Notes: a model not told the origin generated them from the sequence alone. A DNA stretch of 35,565 nt, filler included, from Candidatus Eiseniibacteriota bacterium (GCA_043809585.1; 2 parts of 2 records of this genome joined end to end with filler, not necessarily neighbours in it), one strand, 5' to 3'. Counted from the first letter of the whole stretch, positions 8,551 through 17,359 are shown. Made by a program: numbers and translations.

Positions 8551-9420
8551 CAGTTCGTCCGGACCGAAACCGGGGCCGGGGGTGTCGCCGTCGGTGGTCC
8601 AGGCGCTCCGGTCGGGCGGACCGGGGACCTCGACGTCCGGGGGGACCATGCGGGAGACGAGACAAGAAGTGGGCGAGCAGACCGGAACCGCCGACGCGGG
8701 GGGCGCCTGGGGATCGTCCCGCCAATCGAGGTAATAGTACTCCCAATCCGGATTGGCCCGCGGGTCGATCCGGTCGGGCAGGAGGTCGATGCGCTCGAGG
8801 ATCGCCTTCTTGTTCGCCACCGGACAGAAGCCGTGGCTCCGGAGGCGCTTCAGCACGAGGCGGCGGAGCCTGTCCTTGTCGAGAACGAACACCTCGTCCT
8901 CGGTCATGTGGCCGCACCGCATCCAGTCGTCCTCGTTGTAGAATCCGAAGCCGAGCCGGTGGCATCCCCACCAGTTGAACCATTCGCTGCTCTCGCCGAA
9001 ACAGTACTGGTTCTGGATCGGGCTCGACTGGCGGTCCTCGTAGCAGTAGTAGCCGCCGTAGAAGAAGGAGCGCCACGTCTCCTCCCGGCCGTTCACATAG
9101 AGACGGAACGATTTCCACCCCCGGACGAGGTTGGCGAGCTTCAGGAACTCCTTCGAATCCGTAGCCCGGAATCCGGCCCGGTGGACCGTCGTCCCCTCCT
9201 GCTCGACCTTTCGGTAGCTCGGGTTCTTCTCGCACAGGTCGAGGGCGGCGCGGTAGCTCGTGGAGCTGCTCCGGTGGAACTCGACTTCGAGCCAGCGGGG
9301 GGCCTCGGGATCGCCCCGCCGTCCCGCTTTCTCCGCCCCCTGGGGCTGGCCGCAGCGGGGGCAGAAGCTCTCCTCCCCTTTCAGCCGGTTGCCGCAGGCG
9401 GAGCATTCTCTCGAGGTCAT
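8548..9420 (-). CDS. Zinc-ribbon domain hypothetical protein
   Basis: Start reassigned to ATG at 9420 (MTSRECSACGNRLKGEESFCPRCG: CxxC-x10-CxxC); purine-rich RBS; further Cys/Trp/Tyr-rich region. Confidence 0.75.
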   Translation of the reverse strand: MTSRECSACGNRLKGEESFCPRCGQPQGAEKAGRRGDPEAPRWLEVEFHRSSSTSYRAALDLCEKNPSYRKVEQEGTTVHRAGFRATDSKEFLKLANLVRGWKSFRLYVNGREETWRSFFYGGYYCYEDRQSSPIQNQYCFGESSEWFNWWGCHRLGFGFYNEDDWMRCGHMTEDEVFVLDKDRLRRLVLKRLRSHGFCPVANKKAILERIDLLPDRIDPRANPDWEYYYLDWRDDPQAPPASAVPVCSPTSCLVSRMVPPDVEVPGPPDRSAWTTDGDTPGPGFGPDEL

Positions 9421-9568
9421 GGCGCCTTTCCTCCCCCTTCCGGCGGGGGTTCCCGGAGGAGCATTTCGCAAAGTATACACCCCGCCCCTCCCCCCCCGCA
9501 ACCCGGCCCGAAGCCGCGCCCCTATCCGCCTGGAGAAGAAGCGAATGGAGACCCTTCCCCCTCCTCCC

Positions 9569-9750
9569 GGTCCGCGTCCGTCGAGCGGTTTCGTCACGAG
9601 GGGGAGAATCGGGAAGGCGAGAGCCGTTCTGGACGAGTCGTCTCCCGGAGACGTAGCCCTAGCTACGTCGAGGAAGACGACGACGGAAGAACGGACTCGC
9701 AGCCCCCGATTCTCCCCCGCAGTAGAAACCGCTCGACGGACGCGGGCCTA
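9569..9750. repeat. Long palindromic element family B, copy 2 (~182 bp)
   Basis: Stems CCGCGTCCGTCGAGCGGTTTC/GAAACCGCTCGACGGACGCGG, GGGGAGAATCGGG/CCCGATTCTCCCC, CCGTTCT/AGAACGG, CGTAGC/GCTACG; shares TTCGTCRCGAGG, GGACGAGTCG, AGCTACGTCGAGGAA and CGCAGTAGAAACC with copy 1. Confidence 0.85.
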
Positions 9751-11073
9751 GTAGACTCCCAGGTACCGCTCCACCTCCCACGGGTGGACCTGGGCGAGGA
9801 ACTCGCGCCACACCTCCCGCTTCGCCTTGATGTAGTGCTCGGCGATGTGCCCGCCGAGGGCCCCGAGGATCACCGGATCCTTCTCGAGGGCGTCGAGGGC
9901 GGCCGAGAGATCGGGCGGAAGATCGCTGATCTTCAGTCGCTTCCTCTCCCGCTGACTCATCTCGTAGATATTCTTGTTCACCGGCGGTCCCGGGTCGATC
10001 TCGTTCTCGATCCCGTCGAGACCGGCGCGCAGCATCACGGCGAGGGCGAGATACGGATTCGCCGCCGGGTCGGGGCAGCGGACCTCGACGCGGGTCCCGT
10101 CTCCCCGGCGGTCCGGCACCCGGACCAGAGGCGAGCGGTTCTTCTCCGACCAGGCCACGTTGGTCGGCGCCTCGAACCCCGGCACCAGGCGCTTGTACGA
10201 GTTCACGAGGGGGTTGGTGATCGCCACGAATCCCCTCGCGTGCTTCAGCAGCCCGCCGATGTAGTGGAGCGCGGTTTTCGAAAGCTGGTGGGGGCTCTCC
10301 TTCGAGAAGAAGACGTTCGTCTCCCCTCGGAAGAGGGATTGGTGGACGTGCATCCCCGACCCGTTCACGCCGTAGAAAGGTTTCGGCATGAAGGTGGCAT
10401 GCATGCCGTGGGTGTTCGCCACCTTCCGCACCACGAACCGGAAGGTGGTGATGCTGTCGGCCGTGGTCACCGCGTCGGCGTAGCGGAAGTCGATCTCGTG
10501 CTGGCCCGGCGCGACCTCGTGATGGGCCGCCTCCACCTCGAACCCCATCCGCTCGAGGTTGTGCACCACGTCACGACGCACCTCCTCCCCCCGGTCGATC
10601 GGAACGAGATCGAAATACCCCGCCGCGTCGTGGGTCTCGTGGGCGATCTCCCCCCGCTCGTTCTTCTCGAGGAGGAAGAACTCCGCCTCGGGGCCGACCA
10701 TCATGGTGTAGCCGAGTTTCGCCGCCTCGCCGGTCACCCGCTTCAAGGCCGAGCGCGGACAGCCGGGGAACGCGGATCCGTCGGGATAGGCGACGTCGCA
10801 GATCAGCCGCGCCGTCCTCCACGACGATCCCTCCCGCCAGGGGAAGATCCGGAAGGTCTCGAGATCGGGCCGGAGCAACATGTCCGACTCCTCGATCCGA
10901 GAAAAGCCGTCGATCGACGAACCGTCGAACAGGATCAGCCCGTCGAGGGCCTTCTCGAACTGGGAGTGGGGAATCTCCACGTTCTTGTTGACGCCGTGGA
11001 TGTCGGTGAACATCAGGCGAAGGAACCGGATGTTCTCCGTCTCCGCCATCTTCAGGATCTCCGCTTTCGTCAT
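9748..11073 (-). CDS. glnA: Glutamine synthetase type I (GSI-alpha-like, 441 aa)
   Basis: FDGSSI, GPEAEFF, HHEVAPGQHEI, FMPKPFYGVNGSGMHVHQS, NSYKRLVPGFEAP, NRSPLVRVP, EVRCPDPAANPYL; GGAGG RBS. Confidence 0.97.
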   Translation of the reverse strand: MTKAEILKMAETENIRFLRLMFTDIHGVNKNVEIPHSQFEKALDGLILFDGSSIDGFSRIEESDMLLRPDLETFRIFPWREGSSWRTARLICDVAYPDGSAFPGCPRSALKRVTGEAAKLGYTMMVGPEAEFFLLEKNERGEIAHETHDAAGYFDLVPIDRGEEVRRDVVHNLERMGFEVEAAHHEVAPGQHEIDFRYADAVTTADSITTFRFVVRKVANTHGMHATFMPKPFYGVNGSGMHVHQSLFRGETNVFFSKESPHQLSKTALHYIGGLLKHARGFVAITNPLVNSYKRLVPGFEAPTNVAWSEKNRSPLVRVPDRRGDGTRVEVRCPDPAANPYLALAVMLRAGLDGIENEIDPGPPVNKNIYEMSQRERKRLKISDLPPDLSAALDALEKDPVILGALGGHIAEHYIKAKREVWREFLAQVHPWEVERYLGVY

Positions 11074-11151
11074 GGGACCTCCCTCGGGGGCCCGAAAACG
11101 TCATTTCGGGTCTCCGCCGAACTGCGCCTGGAACCAGGTTCACTCCTGTGA

Positions 11152-11215
11152 ATTATCGTCCGTTTTCGGGATTCGTGACAAGCATTATTGTCGAAATGAC
11201 CTGGATAATTGGTCA
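11152..11215 (-). promoter_or_regulatory. Putative sigma70 promoter of glnA with two adjacent dyad sites
   Basis: Minus strand TTGTCA-N18-GATAAT; dyads GACAA-N6-TTGTC (11177-11192, overlapping the -35) and TGACC-N9-GGTCA (11197-11215) in an AT-rich patch. Confidence 0.5.
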
Positions 11216-11303
11216 GATTGGCCACTTCCGGTGAGCAACGCGGCCGCTCACTTCCCGGCGGGCGTGGCCGATACTCCGAGGGAAGAGAAAGGGGGACCCG
11301 CAC

Positions 11304-12401
11304 TTGGCCCGGATCGACGCCATATTCCGGATGGTCATGGAGCACGGCGCCTCGGACCTGCACGTCGTGACCGGCGCCCGGCCCATGCTCCGCATCCAGG
11401 GGAACCTCCGCCCCATCGAGTACGCCGAGCTCACCGCCGAGATGGCGGGAGCCCTGGTCGGCGAGATGCTGAGCGAGGACCAGCGCCGTGTGCTGGAGAC
11501 GGAAGGGGACGTGGACTTCGCCTACGAGGTGCCGGGCGTCGTGCGGCTCCGTTGCAACGTCTACCGCCAGCACCGGGGCCTCGCCGGAGCGTTCCGGATC
11601 CTCCCGAACCGCATTCTCTCGGTCGAGGAGCTCGGCCTCCCCGACCGGATCCTCCAATTCTGCGACTGCTCGAAGGGGCTCGTGGTGGTCACCGGTCCGC
11701 CCGGGAGCGGCAAGTCGACGACCCTCGCGGCGCTGATCGACCATATCAACGAGACCCAGAGGAAGCATATCCTCACAATCGAGGACCCGATCGAGTACAT
11801 CCACTCCAACAAGAACTGCCTCGTGAACCAGCGCGAGGTCGGCCGGAACGCGTCCGGGTTCCCCCGGGCCCTTCGGGCCGCCCTACGGGAAGACCCGAAT
11901 ATCCTTCTCGTCGGCGAAATGCGGGACCTCGCGACGATCTCCCTCGCCCTCACGGCGGCCGAGACGGGGCAACTCGTCTTCGGGACCCTGCACACGCCTT
12001 CGGCCCCCCAGACGGTGGACCGCATCATCGACGCCTTCCCGGCGGACCAGCAGGAGCAGGTCCGGGTGATGCTCTCCGACGGCCTCCGGGGCGTGCTCGC
12101 CCAGAAGCTGATCCCCCGGGCGGACGGCAAGGGGCGCGTGCCGGTCATGGAGATCCTCACCTGCACGAAGGCGGTCTCCGCGCTGATCCGGGAGAAGAAG
12201 ACATTTCAGATCCCCTCGGCCATGCAGATCGGAAAGAAGGAAGGGATGCAGCGGATCGACGAGGAGATCGTCCGCTTCATCCAGGCGGGGCTGATCAGCG
12301 TCCACGACGGTTACCTCTTCGCCAACGAGAAAGAGTCGGTCCGTCCCTTCCTGAAGGGGGGAGGCCCGCAGGCCGGAGGAAAACATGCACGGCGTTCCTG
12401 A
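11304..12401 (+). CDS. pilT: Type IV pilus retraction ATPase PilT/PilU family
   Basis: TTG start; GASDLH, Walker A GPPGSGKST, TIEDPIE Asp box, ALREDPNILLVGEMRD Walker B, GTLHT His box, ALIRE (AIRNLIRE-like). Confidence 0.93.
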   Translation: MARIDAIFRMVMEHGASDLHVVTGARPMLRIQGNLRPIEYAELTAEMAGALVGEMLSEDQRRVLETEGDVDFAYEVPGVVRLRCNVYRQHRGLAGAFRILPNRILSVEELGLPDRILQFCDCSKGLVVVTGPPGSGKSTTLAALIDHINETQRKHILTIEDPIEYIHSNKNCLVNQREVGRNASGFPRALRAALREDPNILLVGEMRDLATISLALTAAETGQLVFGTLHTPSAPQTVDRIIDAFPADQQEQVRVMLSDGLRGVLAQKLIPRADGKGRVPVMEILTCTKAVSALIREKKTFQIPSAMQIGKKEGMQRIDEEIVRFIQAGLISVHDGYLFANEKESVRPFLKGGGPQAGGKHARRS

Positions 12402-13839
12402 CGGGCCGGGTCCGGACGACCTGGTCGGATCGCTCCGGGTGGCGTCCCTTCTCGATCTCTGCCAGTTTCTTCTCTTGAGCTCGAAGAGCGGCACGCTGTC
12501 GCTCACCCACGGGGAGAGCGCGTACCGTCTCTTCTTCGACAAGGGGGAGATCGTCAACGCCGTCGACGAGCGGCAGGGCCGGGAGGGACGGGACGTGGCC
12601 CTTCAGCTCTTCCGCATCCCCGAGGGGGCCTTCCGATTCCGGCAGGGGCCGGTTCACGAACGGAACCGGATCGAGACGGGAACGGAGAACCTTCTTCTCG
12701 ACGCCGCGCGGATGATGGACGAAATCGGAGAGGCCCTCCACGGCGGCGGACCCGAGTCGTCCCAGGAGAAGGAACTGAAGGAGAAGCAGGAGAAGGGGCA
12801 GGCCCTCCGGAGCCTCTTCTCCTCCCTCGAAGAGGACCTCACACGAAGCGCCGAGGTCCCCCCCCTCGAGAAGATCGTCGAGGAGGCGGAAAAGGCGGGG
12901 GCCGACGGGTTCGTCCTCACCATCGGACACCGTCCCGCGCTCCTCCGGGGCGGACGGGTGCTGATCGCGCTCCCGGGCCTGGTCGGGCCGGTGGACATCG
13001 AGCGGACCCTCGGACGCATGGACGGGGGCGAGGAGATTCCCGTCCCCGGCGCGGCGTACCTCATGAACGGCGATCCCGGCGAAGGCCGGCTCGCCTTCCG
13101 GCGCCGAAGCCGGTCGGCGGCGGCCCTCGAGGACCTGAACCTCCCTCCCGGCGCCGTGAAGTCCCTCCTCCTCCGGCCGCCGGGCCTCCTCTTCCTGGTC
13201 GCCGAATCGGACGGCGTCCGCCGCTACCTGTATGAGGGGATCGTGCGGCACCTCGACCGGATCGGTGAAGTGGTGGTCTGTCTCGACGAGCCTTTCGGCG
13301 AGGAGGGGAAGGGACTCCTGGTGCGCCAGCGTCTCCGGCCGGGCAGCGCCGAGGATCGGGCGGCGCTCCAGAGCCTGCTCTCGGGGCTTTCGGGGGCCCG
13401 GGTCGTTCTCCCCCGAACGAGAGACGAGGGGGATGCCCGGCTCCTGCTCGATCTCGCCCGGTCGGGGCACACCGCGCTCACCACCCTCCCCGGGCGGGAA
13501 GGGGGCGAGGCGCTCCGCCGGGCGGTCTCCTGGTTCGCGCCCATGGGGGGTCTCCGGGGGGTCGCCCCGCTCCTGTCGGGCATGATCTCTCTTCAGCTGC
13601 ATGCCGGCGAGGGGGGTCGGGCGATTCCGGTCACCTCCGTCGCCCCGTGGACCGACGAGGCCCGAAAAGCGTTGGAGAAGGAAGATTACGCCGCCCTCTC
13701 CGCCGCCCTCGAGCGGGGGGCCGGGGAGAACGGTTTCGCCGGCTCTCTCGAACGGCTCGTCCGCGGGAAGGGAACGAAAAAGAGCGAGGCCGATCGAATC
13801 GCCTCGCTCATCATGAATCTGGTCGGCGCGGGGGCCTAG
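12385..13839 (+). CDS. DUF4388 (PATAN-like) domain fused to a degenerate PilT-like ATPase fold
   Basis: The N-terminus GSL...LLDLCQFL...KSGTL...LFFDKGEIVNA...EGAFRF...ENLLLDAARMMDE is DUF4388-like. The C-terminus aligns by eye to the adjacent PilT but lacks its motifs. Overlaps the pilT stop. Confidence 0.75.
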   Translation: MHGVPDGPGPDDLVGSLRVASLLDLCQFLLLSSKSGTLSLTHGESAYRLFFDKGEIVNAVDERQGREGRDVALQLFRIPEGAFRFRQGPVHERNRIETGTENLLLDAARMMDEIGEALHGGGPESSQEKELKEKQEKGQALRSLFSSLEEDLTRSAEVPPLEKIVEEAEKAGADGFVLTIGHRPALLRGGRVLIALPGLVGPVDIERTLGRMDGGEEIPVPGAAYLMNGDPGEGRLAFRRRSRSAAALEDLNLPPGAVKSLLLRPPGLLFLVAESDGVRRYLYEGIVRHLDRIGEVVVCLDEPFGEEGKGLLVRQRLRPGSAEDRAALQSLLSGLSGARVVLPRTRDEGDARLLLDLARSGHTALTTLPGREGGEALRRAVSWFAPMGGLRGVAPLLSGMISLQLHAGEGGRAIPVTSVAPWTDEARKALEKEDYAALSAALERGAGENGFAGSLERLVRGKGTKKSEADRIASLIMNLVGAGA

Positions 13840-13840
13840 A

Positions 13841-16072
13841 TCACGCCCCCCCCTCCTCGTCCACTTCCGCTTTCTTCAAGAGCACGACCCGGAGGTTCCC
13901 GAGGAGCGGGAACTGATCGAAGAACTTCTGGAGCATCGGCGCCTGCTCGGCGCCGAGTTCGGGCTCGTCGATCTCGTACTCCAGAACGCATTCGATCTCG
14001 TCCTGCCAGCCGTTGAACTCGATCTTCACCGTTCCGAAGGGCGCGCGCCACCGTACCGGCTCGGGCAGCGAAGCGTAGGCGTAGCCCTCGGGAAGGAGAA
14101 AGCGCGTCTCGTCCTTGCCCCTCTCGGCGAACCGAAACCGGATCGGATTTCGCCGTTCCTCCTTCCCGGCGTCGAACCGCTGCGCCGGCCCGAGACTCGC
14201 GAAAACGGATCCGGAGAGAATCAGGGAGTCTCCCTTCGTCATCGCGAGATTCGAGGGATAGGTCAGGTCGAAGGAGAACTCGTAGTCATCGTCGTTGGTG
14301 AAGCCCCGGTTCTCGTCCCAGTTCCCTGCCGTGACGCCCTCGGGGAAGTTGTTCGCGAGCCAGATCCGCCGGGCCTCGGCGGATTCTCCGCTCCCCCCGG
14401 CATAGAACCGTTCCCGGAAGAGGCGGTTCATCTCGCCCCGGCAGGAGACGTCCGTCTCTTTCCGGAAGACGCCCGTCTCCGTGTCGTACACGAGGTCCCC
14501 GCGGATCGACAAGGTGTTTGCCCGGGATCCGGAGATGGGAATCTGAAGCCACTCCGGAATCCCCCCCTCCTCGATCTCGTGAATCACGAGGACCGCCTGC
14601 CCCTCGACGGCCCACGAGGGGTCCTCGACGCCCCCCACATGGTCCCCCGGATCGAGGAGAAAGGTCTCCCCGTCCGCCCGAGCCACGACGAGGGCGCGGT
14701 TGAACTGGAGAAGCGCCGGGTAATCGGTGCGGACGAGCCCGTGATCGACCGTGGAGACGATCGCGTAGTCCGCCTCGATGGCGGCGAGCCGGAGCATGCC
14801 GACGAGAACGAGGGCGAGGTCCTTCGCGGCGATCCGATCGAGATTCTGGACGTCCACGGGCCGGTTCGGGATGAAGCCGTCCCGGCCGAGAGGGATGTCG
14901 ATCGTCTCGTACGTCTCCTGAACGTACTTGTAGATCGCCGCGATCTTGTCCTTGTCCGTCAGGGGGGGCAGCTCCACTTCCGGCGCGGCCTCCGCCTCCG
15001 CCCCGCCTTCCTCCTCGAGAAGACCTTCCTCTTCCCCGAGCAGGCCTTCCTCCTCCTCCACCGCGAGAGTGTCGTCCTCGGGGGCGAGGAGCACCGCCCG
15101 GAGCGCGGCCTTTCTCTCCGCCTCGGCCTTCCGAAGCGCTTCGTAATCCACGATCGCGTCCCGGGCGGGACCGCGGAGCACGCGGTCGCTCCCGCCGAGG
15201 GTGAGCACCTGGTCCACCTCTTTGGCGTACCAATTGACGAGCTTCACCCAGTTCTGCTCGAAGTTCGGGCTGAAGAGGATCCGGGGCGCGCGATCGGCGA
15301 CGGGGGACGAAAAGGGCTCCGGTTCCAAGGGCCTCACGTTCTTGTACGTCCAGAACCACTGGTTCATCTCGCCCTTCGCCGACGCCACCTTCTGCTCGTC
15401 CGGCTGTTCGGCGCGATAAGTCATCAGCGCCCGCTCCCACCAGGCACTCTGCGCGAGGAATCCGATGGGGAAGTTATACTGCATCTCCTGAAGGTAGGTC
15501 GGCTGGGCGGCGGCGAAGAGACGATCCGTGAAGCCGAACGCCTCCTCCCCTTCAATGGTGTAGTTCAAGAGGAGCACGCACGGAACGGGGACGCCCTCGA
15601 ACCGAAAGACAAGGTCCTTCACCCGGTGGTAGATCTCACCCTCGTCCGGATAGGCGGTGCGGACTTCGATCATGTCTGCCGGCATGTCCACGCGCTTCCC
15701 TTCCCGGTCGACCACTTCGGCGCTGTGGTGGGTGATCACCTGGCCGGCCCAGTAGGGGACGACGTACTCGCGCATCCGCTCGGCGCCCGCCGCGTCGAGC
15801 ACGGCGAACTTCTTCGAGTACCGGTTGATGGTGGTGTACTTCGAGCCGAGCGCCACTTCGGCGCTCCGGTCCGCCTGGAGCCCGCCCCGTTCCGTGTCCG
15901 ACACGTCCCGGCGCTGCACGTCGCCCGTGTATTCGGCGTCCACCACGATTTTGTCTTGAAGGCAAACGAGACTCTCCCCCGCGTACTTCCGGAAGATGTC
16001 GTTCCAGAGGCCCTCGGTGCGCTGTCCCCCGTCGGCGGCCCCGAAGAGAAGTAGAAACGCGGCCGGACCGAG
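13841..16072 (-). CDS. DUF3857/transglutaminase-like domain protein, exported (5' end lost at contig edge)
   Basis: The frame stays open upstream of the track's start to the gap (LGPAAFLLLFGAADGG..., signal-peptide-like). KIAAIYKYVQ, AKDLALVLVGMLRLAAIEA, FNRALV and LLDP follow the transglutaminase-like layout; LPEGY...LPEP C-terminal domain. Confidence 0.75.
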   Translation of the reverse strand, partial: LGPAAFLLLFGAADGGQRTEGLWNDIFRKYAGESLVCLQDKIVVDAEYTGDVQRRDVSDTERGGLQADRSAEVALGSKYTTINRYSKKFAVLDAAGAERMREYVVPYWAGQVITHHSAEVVDREGKRVDMPADMIEVRTAYPDEGEIYHRVKDLVFRFEGVPVPCVLLLNYTIEGEEAFGFTDRLFAAAQPTYLQEMQYNFPIGFLAQSAWWERALMTYRAEQPDEQKVASAKGEMNQWFWTYKNVRPLEPEPFSSPVADRAPRILFSPNFEQNWVKLVNWYAKEVDQVLTLGGSDRVLRGPARDAIVDYEALRKAEAERKAALRAVLLAPEDDTLAVEEEEGLLGEEEGLLEEEGGAEAEAAPEVELPPLTDKDKIAAIYKYVQETYETIDIPLGRDGFIPNRPVDVQNLDRIAAKDLALVLVGMLRLAAIEADYAIVSTVDHGLVRTDYPALLQFNRALVVARADGETFLLDPGDHVGGVEDPSWAVEGQAVLVIHEIEEGGIPEWLQIPISGSRANTLSIRGDLVYDTETGVFRKETDVSCRGEMNRLFRERFYAGGSGESAEARRIWLANNFPEGVTAGNWDENRGFTNDDDYEFSFDLTYPSNLAMTKGDSLILSGSVFASLGPAQRFDAGKEERRNPIRFRFAERGKDETRFLLPEGYAYASLPEPVRWRAPFGTVKIEFNGWQDEIECVLEYEIDEPELGAEQAPMLQKFFDQFPLLGNLRVVLLKKAEVDEEGGA

Positions 16073-16073
16073 G

Positions 16074-16173
16074 NNNNNNNNNNNNNNNNNNNNNNNNNNN
16101 NNNNNNNNNNNNNNNNNTTAATTAATTAANNNNNNNNNNNNNNNNNNNNNNNNNNNNNNNNNNNNNNNNNNNN
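16074..16173. other. Artificial contig linker / assembly gap
   Basis: 44 N + TTAATTAATTAA (stops in all six frames) + 44 N. Confidence 0.97.
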
Positions 16174-17147
16174 CGGCGCCGGGCGTTGGCCCTGGTGGAA
16201 CAGGGGTACTCGTTGAACCAGGCGGCCCGGCGTATCGGTTGCGCGGCGAGTTCGGTGATGCGCTGGGTGCGAGCGGTGGAACGCCATGGCTCGGCCGGAC
16301 TGGAAGTGCGACGCGCCCCGGGCCGTCCGCCGCGTCTCTCGAAGCGGCAGCGGGACAGCCTGCTGCGGCAGCTCTTGCGCGGGCCGATGGCCCACGGGTA
16401 TCCCACGGACCTCTGGACCACGCAGCGGATCGCCGAGGTGATCGAGCGGCGGTATGGGGTGCGTTATCACCGGGACCATGTCGGACGACTCCTCGGCCAG
16501 TGGGGCTGGAGCTGTCAGAAGCCGGAGCGTCGGGCGCGCGAACGGGACGAGGCCGCGATCGAACGCTGGAAGCGGGTCCGCTGGCCCCAGGTAAAAAAAA
16601 CGCGCTTCGGCTGGGGGCCTATCTCGTCTTCGTCGACGAGTCGGGCTTCCAGCTGACGCCGACAATCGCGCGCACCTGGGCGCCTCGCGGGAAGACGCCA
16701 ATTCTGCGGCACTGGCAGCGTCACGATCGGATCTCGGTGATCTCCGGGATCGCCGTCAGCCCCGAGCGCCGCCGATTCGGCCTCTACTATCAGTGGTACC
16801 ATCACAACATCCGCGAGGTGGAGGTCGTTGCGTTCCTGCGTGACCTCCTCCGCCATCTTCGCAAGCCGCTCATCGTGATCTGGGACCACCTCCGGGTGCA
16901 TCGAAGCAAAGCCGTGGCGACCCTCTGTCGCCGAGTTCCTCGCCTCCACCTCGAGTACCTTCCCGCCTACGCGCCCGAACTCAACCCCGACGAGGGCGTC
17001 TGGCGACGAACCAAGAAGCGACTCGCCAACGCCTGCCCCGAGGATCGCTTCGATCTCGCCCTCCAGGTCATCGAGGAACTGGAAGCGTGCCGCCTTTCTC
17101 CTTCCCAACTCCGGAGCTGTATCGAACACACCGGACTTACGCTTTGA
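16174..17147 (+). CDS. IS630 transposase, two frames joined by a probable -1 frameshift at GTAAAAAAAAC (16591-16601)
   Basis: OrfA has PGRPPRL, LWTTQRIA, WSCQKPERRARERDE; OrfB has VFVDESG, IVIWDHL, YAPELNPDEGVW (DDE triad). Confidence 0.92.
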
Positions 17148-17185
17148 CATGCCCGCGTGTTGCATTACTTACGCAGCACTCAATA
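16174..17185 (+). mobile_element. IS630 family insertion sequence, copy 1 (left end in gap)
   Basis: HTH ORF plus DDE ORF; right end ...TTACTTACGCAGCACTCAATA ends in TA and resembles the IRs of copy 2. Confidence 0.92.
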
Positions 17186-17231
17186 ATTCGGGGTTCCGTA
17201 TTGTGTCCCCCGAATTCTGTCCCCCGAATTC
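17184..17231. repeat. Hairpin repeat family A, copy 3 (right part, interrupted by IS630)
   Basis: TAATTCGGGGTTCCGTATTGTGTCCCCCGAATTC-TGTCCCCCGAATTC matches the right arm GAGTTCTGTATACTGTCCCCCGAA and shows the same terminal duplication. Confidence 0.75.
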
Positions 17232-17359
17232 AGAGGAGCCCCTACTCCCGGGTGGGCGGACGCCGTGCCCCGAAGGGCCCCGCCCGTTCTCAGACTGCCG
17301 CCCCCCCCCGAACTCATACCCCTGCAATGGGTTTCAGGTCCGTTTCGGTCCTGTAACCG

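Noticed and set aside
7786-8978. Repeat-protein ORFs 7786..8364 (-) and 8058..8978 (+)
   Set aside because: They are translations of the 45-bp DNA repeat and palindrome, overlap better-supported genes and lack an RBS.
5595-9750. Classical integron (attC array)
   Set aside because: No intI in the window, and neither hairpin family has RYYYAAC...GTTRRRY ends.
16118-16129. TTAATTAATTAA as a biological AT-rich site
   Set aside because: It sits symmetrically within N runs and is a standard six-frame-stop contig linker; no linkage across it should be assumed.
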